Assembly (NCBI GenBank): GCA_964612055.1
Contig: CAZTBI010000001.1
Location: 420,824-484,823, forward strand
Length of the DNA stretch: 64,000 nt
Source of the DNA: an uncultured Bdellovibrionales bacterium
GTDB taxonomy: Bacteria; Patescibacteriota; Minisyncoccia; Moranbacterales; UBA1568
Direction of reading: 5' to 3'
The notes beneath the pieces are model-generated. The model was not told the origin of the DNA, did no database searches, and worked only from the letters and a program-made list of their open reading frames with translations. This document shows, piece after piece, positions 21,386 through 28,238 of the stretch. A program made the translations under genes and the position numbers. The stretch's first letter is position 1, and each line of letters opens with the position of its first letter.

Positions 21386-21880
21386 ATGCGTTTTTTCAAG
21401 TTATTTGGCTTTACCACCCTGACGCTTTTTGTTGCCTCAATCGCGTGGCACGTCACACTACGCACGTCTGAAGTAACCGATCTGGGACGTTTCACTCTCA
21501 TGACGGCTTTGGCGGAAGATGATGATGACGAAGAAGAGGAAGACGAGGATGAAAGAGAAGACGAAAGAAGTAACGATGAAGAAAATCAAACCTCAAAACC
21601 AAAAACGGTCAAGGTGCTAAAAGAATTCATCGAGTACCAACCAGTGACCAAAACCATTGTCGTCACTGAGGAAGCCTACAGTAAAGATACCGATGGCGAC
21701 ATCCTGGTGGATGCTATCGACCCGGATCCGCTCGTCCCACAAAATGAGTACTTTACCGACATTGATGGAGATGGTATTCCGAATGCTCTTGATCGCCACC
21801 ACGATGAGGATGACTTCACCTACTTCGAAGTAGAAACTGATACTAACAACAACGGCCTTCTCGACTCCTATGAACAATAA
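21386..21880 (+). CDS. Exported acidic protein with thrombospondin type-3-like Ca-binding repeats
   Basis: DTDGDILVDAIDPDP, DIDGDGIPNALD, DTNNNGLLD. Confidence 0.8.
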   Translation: MRFFKLFGFTTLTLFVASIAWHVTLRTSEVTDLGRFTLMTALAEDDDDEEEEDEDEREDERSNDEENQTSKPKTVKVLKEFIEYQPVTKTIVVTEEAYSKDTDGDILVDAIDPDPLVPQNEYFTDIDGDGIPNALDRHHDEDDFTYFEVETDTNNNGLLDSYEQ

Positions 21881-22799
21881 GATCTGGTACAGTGTTCGCA
21901 AAGAGGTGAAGCAGAAAATCATGAACACCGACATCCTGTGCGAGATCATCTTTTCTGACGGCCAAGAAGAAAAAGCTGTAGTAGCATTGGAAACAGTCTT
22001 CGATATGATGCGTGATTTCGAAAAACGTTTCAGCCGCTTCAGAAAGGACAACGAACTCTTTGCACTCAACCAGAGTACCCAACTGAAAGTTTCAGAGGAT
22101 CTCTTCGCGATGCTCACGCTCGCCAAACGCTTTCACGAATCAACCCAGGGACTCTTTGATCCGAGCATCCTTCCTCTTCTCGAAAAAGAAGGTTACCAGG
22201 GGACACTCCCCCAGACCGCCTGGAAAGAAAAGGGTGACTTCTCAAAACTTCATCTCGATCCCACTACGCGTACCGTCACCAAACCAGCAGATCTCTTTAT
22301 CGATTTGGGTGGTATCGGCAAGGGATACATCGTCGATCAGGTAGCGCTCTTTCTCAAACAACATTTCGATAACTTTCTCATTGATGCCGGAGGAGATATC
22401 TTTGCCCAGGGAGTGAACCAAAAGGAAGACTATCCCTATTGGGCTGTTGAAGTTGAACACCCTCTTGAAAGCAAACTTCCTCCTGCTATTCTCCTTCTGA
22501 AAGGCATGGCCGTCGCTACTTCGGGGAGAAATCGTCGCCACTGGGTGAAGGAAGGAAAAGAAAAACATCATCTCATCAATCCCCTCCTCGGAGAAAGTGC
22601 TGCCGAAGATTTTTTGACCGTCACTGTTCTTGCTCCAAATACTACCGCTGCTGATATTCTCGCCAAATCACTTTTTATCGCCGGGAAAAAGCATGGTCCA
22701 GAACTTGCCAAAGCCTGGAGCGTCCCTGCAATCTTCATCGAAGCCTCAGGGAATGTCATTCTTAATCAGTATGTCCAGAAGTATGTTTGGAAAGCCTAA
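21870..22799 (+). CDS. apbE: FAD:protein FMN transferase
   Basis: FDPSI, IDLGGIGKGY, DAGGD, ATSG, HHLINP, AD motifs. Confidence 0.93.
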   Translation: MNNKIWYSVRKEVKQKIMNTDILCEIIFSDGQEEKAVVALETVFDMMRDFEKRFSRFRKDNELFALNQSTQLKVSEDLFAMLTLAKRFHESTQGLFDPSILPLLEKEGYQGTLPQTAWKEKGDFSKLHLDPTTRTVTKPADLFIDLGGIGKGYIVDQVALFLKQHFDNFLIDAGGDIFAQGVNQKEDYPYWAVEVEHPLESKLPPAILLLKGMAVATSGRNRRHWVKEGKEKHHLINPLLGESAAEDFLTVTVLAPNTTAADILAKSLFIAGKKHGPELAKAWSVPAIFIEASGNVILNQYVQKYVWKA

Positions 22800-23238
22800 A
22801 AAAGTTTTTATTCTTTTTGTTCTCCTCGGTAGCTTCGTGCTCCCAGGAGACTGTGCGCGTGCGGCAGTACAAGATAGTGATGCTGATGGACTGACCGATC
22901 AGGCAGAACGCGATATCTATCTCACTGATCCCCAAAACCCTGATACTGACAATGACGATATTGGGGACGGCGAGGAAATCATAGGTGGTACCAGCCCAAA
23001 ACAAAAGGACATCTCTTCTCTCGAAATGATACGGCAGGCGACGGAAGGCGCCAACCGCAATTGGTACAACAAGTTTTTCTTCGATGCAGAACCAGGAACA
23101 CTCTGGCTCTATAGCTTCTCATCCGTTCTTGTTCTTGTCCTCACCAGCTTCCAAATTCGTGCCGCCCTACGAAAAAGAGACAACGCGAGCGCTGTCCCTG
23201 TCCAAAATATTTCCCCTGAAAAAGATGTTCGAACCTAG
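22783..23238 (+). CDS. Exported/membrane protein with TSP3-like repeats
   Basis: ATG 22783, signal peptide, DSDADGLTD...TDPQNPDTDNDDIGDGEE, C-terminal TM. Confidence 0.75.
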   Translation: MFGKPKKVFILFVLLGSFVLPGDCARAAVQDSDADGLTDQAERDIYLTDPQNPDTDNDDIGDGEEIIGGTSPKQKDISSLEMIRQATEGANRNWYNKFFFDAEPGTLWLYSFSSVLVLVLTSFQIRAALRKRDNASAVPVQNISPEKDVRT

Positions 23239-23246
23239 GGCGTTCT

Positions 23247-23627
23247 TTAATCTTTTTTTCTGGCTGCCTCCTCATGTAATAGATGAAATCGATCATGGAT
23301 GAGTTCCATCTCGGCATCAGAAAGGTCTTCCAGATCAATCAGCTGATTACTTGATGTTTTTCCTGCGCGAATCAGTTCATCAAGTTTGAGTTGCATCGCC
23401 CGAGCATCACGATTTTGGGTATTCTGAACTAAAAAGACCATAAGGAATGTCAGGATGGTCGTACCAGTGTTGATAACGAGCTGCCACGTATCAGAAAAGC
23501 CATAGTAGGGTCCAGTACAGGCCCACACCACGACAACGAGCAAGGCGAGAACGAAAGCCTTTGACGACCCCATCATGCGCGAAGCCTTGACTGCAATTTT
23601 TCGAAAAATCTCATTCATGCTTTTCAT
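23247..23627 (-). CDS. Low-affinity iron permease (Fet4-like) family protein
   Basis: SDTWQLVINTGTTILTFLMVFLVQNTQNRD..A.QLKLDELIRA. Confidence 0.92.
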   Translation of the reverse strand: MKSMNEIFRKIAVKASRMMGSSKAFVLALLVVVVWACTGPYYGFSDTWQLVINTGTTILTFLMVFLVQNTQNRDARAMQLKLDELIRAGKTSSNQLIDLEDLSDAEMELIHDRFHLLHEEAARKKD

Positions 23628-23681
23628 TTTACTCTCCAAAAAGAAAAAAGAAAAGAAGCATTCTCATTCCTTACGTCTGGC

Positions 23682-25361
23682 CTAATGATTCTGAGTAACT
23701 TCTTTCATCAGAAGCTCTTTCTTCTCTTTCGCTTGAGTAAAGTTCGGGTTGAGTTCAAGCGATTTATCAAGAGCTTCTAAAGCGTTCGCAGAATCATTTT
23801 GTTTTATATACACATTCGCCAGATTGTAATACAGAGAGAAGAGTGTAGGACTCAGTTCGATAGCCAGTTGGTACTCACGTTCTGCGGCAGTGAAATCCCC
23901 AGAAGACACATAGAGTGAACCAAGGTTATTATGAGTCTTGTAATTCGTGGGATCTAACTCTAGTACTTTTTGGTAGTTTTTTATGGCATTCGCAGTATCG
24001 CTTACTTCAGCGTATGACAGGGCTAAGTTGTAATAGAGATCCACTTCGTTTGGCGAAAGAGCGATAGATGCGTTATAGAGTGAGATGTTGTCTTTGAAAT
24101 CTTTGTTTCGATTGGTATCTATCTTCCAGGCAATACCAAGATAAAGAATGACGACTACGAACAGAACTACTTTCACGGAGAGGCGACCGAAAAATGCTTT
24201 ATATCGTTCCGTCAGGTGTTCCACACCATAAATCAGCGCAAGAATAAGGCCAGCGAGCGGTATAAAAATATATCGTTCATAGAGTACATTATTTCCCAGG
24301 CTACCAATAAAGATGATCGGTGGCGCAATAAGAAAAAGCCACCAGAGCAAGCCAACAAAAGGAGCAGCTTGTTTTTTACGAAAGAACACGAAGAGCATGA
24401 TAAAAAACATCAGAAGCACCAGTCCTGAGAGAATAATCTGAAAGGCTGGCAACTGATTGACATCAATAGAATGGAACAAGTTAAGCGGAAGCGGGAAAAG
24501 GAGCTTAAAGAGGTAAGCCCCGAAAAGCCACAAAGAAGTAAGGGTGTGAGTTGAAGCTGATAGATCTTCAGTAGTTCTGGCATAATCATTCGCAAAAAAT
24601 GTTCCGAGAACAGCATACCGAAAAGAGAAGTACACAAAAATTGGTACGGTGTAAAAAAGGACGAGTCGGTAATTCTTCACCAGAGACATAAAGACTACTT
24701 TCGGAAATCTTTTTTGGAAGAGTTCACAGCCAATAAAGATTGCTCCGAAAAAAACAGCTGTCTCCTTGGAAAACATCGCGAGCAACCAAAACAGTCCTGC
24801 TTTTATCAAAGCATTCTCTTTTTCTTCTTCGGAGTACCGGATATACCATTTGAGAGAAAGCAAAAGAAAGATCGCTACGAGTATATCCTGCACGGCTGCG
24901 ATCCAGTTAATGACTTCGGTATTAATTGGATGCGTCAGAAAAAAGAGTACTCCCAAAAAAGCGAGGATCCTGTTTTTAAGGAAGAATGTATAAAAACGAA
25001 GGAGAATCAAACAAAGGATGGAGATATAGGCAAGATTCAAGAAGTGAAAGATCCATGGTGAGGAAGATATCCGATATGCCACGAAATCCGAGAGAAGCTT
25101 CATCGGCCGGTAGTAGAAACCCTTTCCTTCACAACCGCCAAGCTGATACTCCCCCATACAGCCCGTAAATGTCTTGTACCAGTACTGTCCGCTGTGCACG
25201 TATTCATTCGTTACGATGGCCGCCCGGTCATCATGAACAAAACCATTCGCAAGAGTGCTTCCGAAGAATACTAAAAGCACTACCATCAGTATGATCTGCT
25301 GATTGAGTTCTACAGAGAAGAACTTTTCTAGTTTAGAGAAAAATGTCTTGAGATTTTCCAT
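23682..25361 (-). CDS. TMTC-like GT-C membrane glycosyltransferase with C-terminal TPRs
   Basis: FVHDD, YYRP, HPINTEVINWI, SKE, ERY motifs; ~4 TPRs. Confidence 0.8.
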   Translation of the reverse strand: MENLKTFFSKLEKFFSVELNQQIILMVVLLVFFGSTLANGFVHDDRAAIVTNEYVHSGQYWYKTFTGCMGEYQLGGCEGKGFYYRPMKLLSDFVAYRISSSPWIFHFLNLAYISILCLILLRFYTFFLKNRILAFLGVLFFLTHPINTEVINWIAAVQDILVAIFLLLSLKWYIRYSEEEKENALIKAGLFWLLAMFSKETAVFFGAIFIGCELFQKRFPKVVFMSLVKNYRLVLFYTVPIFVYFSFRYAVLGTFFANDYARTTEDLSASTHTLTSLWLFGAYLFKLLFPLPLNLFHSIDVNQLPAFQIILSGLVLLMFFIMLFVFFRKKQAAPFVGLLWWLFLIAPPIIFIGSLGNNVLYERYIFIPLAGLILALIYGVEHLTERYKAFFGRLSVKVVLFVVVILYLGIAWKIDTNRNKDFKDNISLYNASIALSPNEVDLYYNLALSYAEVSDTANAIKNYQKVLELDPTNYKTHNNLGSLYVSSGDFTAAEREYQLAIELSPTLFSLYYNLANVYIKQNDSANALEALDKSLELNPNFTQAKEKKELLMKEVTQNH

Positions 25362-25503
25362 TCCTTTCAAAAACAGTGAACTTTAACTTACTTACAGCCA
25401 GAATAGCAGTTTCAGGAAATTTCATGAAATCCTGAACTTTTTCTTGTTCAGGTCCATTCACAACTCAAACAAAAAAGCATCTTTGATGGATACTTTTTTC
25501 TTA

Positions 25504-25600
25504 GCGGGGACGACCGGACTTACCCCTTCGGGGCATAAACTTCTCATCCGGACATTCCAGAAAACCAAAACCCGACCACAAGGGCCGGGTTCTTGATTTT
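25504..25600 (-). mobile_element. 80-bp non-coding insert plus duplicated tRNA-Asp 3' end
   Basis: GCGGGGACGACCGGACT at 25504-25520 repeats 25601-25617; insert homologous to 26401-26479. Confidence 0.7.
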
Positions 25601-25601
25601 G

Positions 25602-25675
25602 CGGGGACGACCGGACTCGAACCGGCGACCTACTGCGTGACAGGCAGTCGCTCTAACCAGCTGAGCTACGCCCCC
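25602..25675 (-). tRNA. tRNA-Asp (GUC)
   Basis: Cloverleaf GGGGGCG/CGUCCCC, anticodon loop CUGUCAC, G73. Confidence 0.96.
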
Positions 25676-25688
25676 ATTTTTTCTTTTG

Positions 25689-25762
25689 TAGCAGGGGCGA
25701 GACTCGAACTCGCGACCTCAGCGTTATGAGTGCTGCGTTCTAGCCAGCTGAACTACCCTGCC
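25689..25762 (-). tRNA. tRNA-CAU, elongator Met (Ile2 not excluded)
   Basis: Cloverleaf, paired 1:72, loop CUCAUAA. Confidence 0.9.
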
Positions 25763-25786
25763 ATATTTTCCGATTTGTTCTGCTTG

Positions 25787-25860
25787 TTGCGGGGGGTGGA
25801 TTCGAACCACCGACCTCTTGGTTATGAGCCAAGCGAGCTGCCAGACTGCTCTACCCCGCT
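25787..25860 (-). tRNA. tRNA-fMet (CAU)
   Basis: Unpaired A1:A72, A11:U24, loop CUCAUAA; anticodon stem CUUGG/CCAAG. Confidence 0.9.
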
Positions 25861-26088
25861 ATAATTCTTCAATCGCTCTCTCCCTTGTCCAGATTTCCAA
25901 AATTTTTCTCTTTCTCTGGCATGAAGACTATCAGAACACTCCTCAAGTTTCAACACCTGCACTATCTTTTTTCCTTTTGTGGAAAATGTTTTTCCCTTCC
26001 TATGTTCATAGACTCTCTGTCGCAAGTCATGCGTCATACCGACATAGTATCGGCCGTTTTCAAATCGCAATGCATACACCGTATACAT
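25822..26088 (-). CDS. GIY-YIG nuclease (stand-alone), 3' end overlaps tRNA-fMet
   Basis: TVYAL..YYVGMT.DL..R..EH...REREKFWKSGQGRE; stop is the TAA in the tRNA anticodon loop. Confidence 0.9.
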   Translation of the reverse strand: MYTVYALRFENGRYYVGMTHDLRQRVYEHRKGKTFSTKGKKIVQVLKLEECSDSLHAREREKFWKSGQGRERLKNYSGVEQSGSSLGS

Positions 26089-26095
26089 ATACTTT

Positions 26096-26177
26096 CTTGG
26101 TTATGAGCCAAGCGAGCCCTCCTACGGCGGGTAAACTGCCAGCTTGTCCGCCTGCGGCGGAACTGCTCTACCCCGCT
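26096..26177 (-). pseudogene. Duplicated 5' half of tRNA-fMet interrupted by two 19-bp hairpin inserts
   Basis: Matches 25817-25860 after removing CCCTCCTACGGCGGGTAAA and CTTGTCCGCCTGCGGCGGA. Confidence 0.85.
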
Positions 26178-26217
26178 GTATGATGATTGTATCCCTTTTC
26201 TCTTGACACGCCAACTG

Positions 26218-26291
26218 TGGGTGATCCAAGATTCGAACTTGGGACCTCGACATTATCAGTGTCGCGCTCTAACCAACTGAGCTAATCACCC
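26218..26291 (-). tRNA. tRNA-Ile (GAU)
   Basis: Cloverleaf GGGUGAU/AUCACCC, loop CUGAUAA. Confidence 0.96.
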
Positions 26292-26383
26292 GAATTTCTG
26301 ATAGCCAAAGAAAAAGCTTCGAAAAGACCTATTTTTCGAGCCTCGGCAGTATAGCTGAACTAAGAAAAAATTTCAAGTCGGAT

Positions 26384-26661
26384 GTGGACCGTACAGGACT
26401 TACCCCTCCGGGGCATAAACTTCTCGCCCAGTCGATCCAAAAATCAAAACCCCGCAACCAGTGCCGGGTTTTAACTTTGGTGGACCGTACAGGACGCGAA
26501 TACTCGACCTCCGGCCTGCGTTCTATGAGGCTTCCGCCCTCTAGCCCCGCAAGCGGGTCACCCCAAACGGGAAACTCCCGTTTCCCGACCCCTTCCCGTT
26601 CAAGCCCTGTACAATAAAATATAAAATGCCCGTATCATACGACACGGGCATTTTATAATCT
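26384..26661 (-). mobile_element. Two tandem non-coding inserts (~80 and ~160 bp), each ending in a copy of the tRNA-Ala 3' end
   Basis: GTGGACCGTACAGGAC at 26384, 26480 and 26662. Confidence 0.7.
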
Positions 26662-26662
26662 G

Positions 26663-26735
26663 TGGACCGTACAGGACTCGAACCTGCCACCCCCGCATTG
26701 CAAATGCGGTGCTCTACCAGATGAGCTAACGGCCC
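26663..26735 (-). tRNA. tRNA-Ala (UGC)
   Basis: Cloverleaf with G3:U70, loop UUUGCAA. Confidence 0.96.
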
Positions 26736-26741
26736 AATTTA

Positions 26742-26984
26742 CTACTTCGTTATTGTATCAAGAAGCTTTCTCCCTTGTCCTGACTTGAGAAACCTCTCTC
26801 TTTTCATAGCTTCCGTCTTTTCTTCGTACTGCTCAGTATAGAGTAGCACAAAGGGCTTATTTTGTTTTGTATATGTGTTCGATCCGGTATTATGTTCCCT
26901 TAGTCTAACAGCGGCATCTTTCCCGCTGTAGCCCACATAACGCTTACCATTTTTTTCACTTTTTAGTACATACACTGTGAACAT
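26742..26984 (-). CDS. GIY-YIG nuclease (stand-alone)
   Basis: TVYVLKS..RYVGYS...RLREHN.G...AMKRERFLKSGQGR. Confidence 0.92.
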   Translation of the reverse strand: MFTVYVLKSEKNGKRYVGYSGKDAAVRLREHNTGSNTYTKQNKPFVLLYTEQYEEKTEAMKRERFLKSGQGRKLLDTITK

Positions 26985-27001
26985 AGTATATACGTTTTGA
27001 T

Positions 27002-27047
27002 GATGAGCTCCAGCCGGAGGCTGGTCCGCCTCTGGCGGAAACGGCCC
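27002..27047 (-). pseudogene. Duplicated 5' 16 nt of tRNA-Ala interrupted by a 30-bp double hairpin
   Basis: GATGAGCT[CCAGCCGGAGGCTGG TCCGCCTCTGGCGGA]AACGGCCC versus 26720-26735. Confidence 0.75.
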
Positions 27048-27112
27048 AAAATTGTTTCTTTCAAATGTGATAATTCTAGCCGAAAAAAGAAATTTTGTCT
27101 ACTATATGAGAT

Positions 27113-28216
27113 ATGTCAGAAAACAATCATAAATACGCTCACGCCTTTCTTGCCATTCCGAATATCGGAAGTGGCACATTACGAACCTTGGCGGCTCACT
27201 TCGGAAGCATGGAGAAAGCCTGGTTTGCTTCTCCAGAAGAGATCGCTGGCGTTCCAAAGATGCGCCCAGAAAAGAAAGAAGCGCTCATCATTGGACGGAA
27301 GAGCATCAACCCAGAGGAAACGTGGGAGAAATTTCTCACACAAGAAATCAAGCTCTTCCTTCCAGAAGATCCAGAATTTCCAGACCTCCTTCGAGAAATT
27401 CCCGATCCCCCCTACACGCTCTATATAGAAGGGAATTTTGATTGGGCGAAGCAGACGCCCATGGTCGCTATCGTTGGTTCGCGAAAATTTACCGCCTATG
27501 GAGAGCAGGTAGCGGCACGCCTAAGCGAAGATCTGACCCGTGCCGGAATAGTGGTCGTTTCAGGACTGGCTTTTGGAATTGATTCCGTTGCCCATGAGGC
27601 AGCGCTCGAAGCAAACGGCGAGACCATCGCCGTTCTCGGAAGCGGTATCCAAAGCATCTCTCCATCCAGTCACATCCCACTCGCCAAGAAAATTATGGGA
27701 CACGGCGCGGTGATCAGTGAGTATCCGCCGACTCTGGGAGGAGGGAAATGGACCTTTGCAGAACGCAATCGCATCATCGCTGGGATGACCCTTGGGACCA
27801 TCGTCATCGAAGCTGCCGAGAAAAGCGGTAGCCTCATCACAGCTCAGTGTGCCCTCGAATACAACCGCGAGGTTTTTGCTGTCCCTGGATCAGTCTTTTC
27901 TCCCTACTCCATCGGTACCAACAACTTGATCAAGCGAGGCGCTAAAGTCGTCACTGGGTTACAGGATATCTTAGAAGAACTCAGCCAAGAAAACCTTTTC
28001 TCCAGTCAAGAAAAAGGCCAGAAGAAAAAAGAGGTTACCGGCCTTTCACCTGAAGAACAAAAGGTTCTCTCTTTGCTTTCTCACGAACCACTTCACATTG
28101 ACAAGATCATCAAAGCGACTACACTGCAAACAGCCGCCGCCAGTTCTCTCTTGGCATTACTCGAAATCAAAGGCCTTGCCAAGAATGTCGGTGGCATGCA
28201 CTATGTAAGAACGTAG
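27113..28216 (+). CDS. dprA: DNA-processing protein DprA
   Basis: VAIVGSR, VSGLAFGID, RNRIIAG, EAAEKSGSLITA, VFAVPG. Confidence 0.97.
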   Translation: MSENNHKYAHAFLAIPNIGSGTLRTLAAHFGSMEKAWFASPEEIAGVPKMRPEKKEALIIGRKSINPEETWEKFLTQEIKLFLPEDPEFPDLLREIPDPPYTLYIEGNFDWAKQTPMVAIVGSRKFTAYGEQVAARLSEDLTRAGIVVVSGLAFGIDSVAHEAALEANGETIAVLGSGIQSISPSSHIPLAKKIMGHGAVISEYPPTLGGGKWTFAERNRIIAGMTLGTIVIEAAEKSGSLITAQCALEYNREVFAVPGSVFSPYSIGTNNLIKRGAKVVTGLQDILEELSQENLFSSQEKGQKKKEVTGLSPEEQKVLSLLSHEPLHIDKIIKATTLQTAAASSLLALLEIKGLAKNVGGMHYVRT

Positions 28217-28238
28217 TAGCATAAACTTTTTTCAAAAT

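Noticed and set aside
25500-26735. CRISPR-like repeat-spacer pattern
   Set aside because: Repeats are tRNA 3' ends (2-3 copies), spacers are unequal and no cas genes are present.
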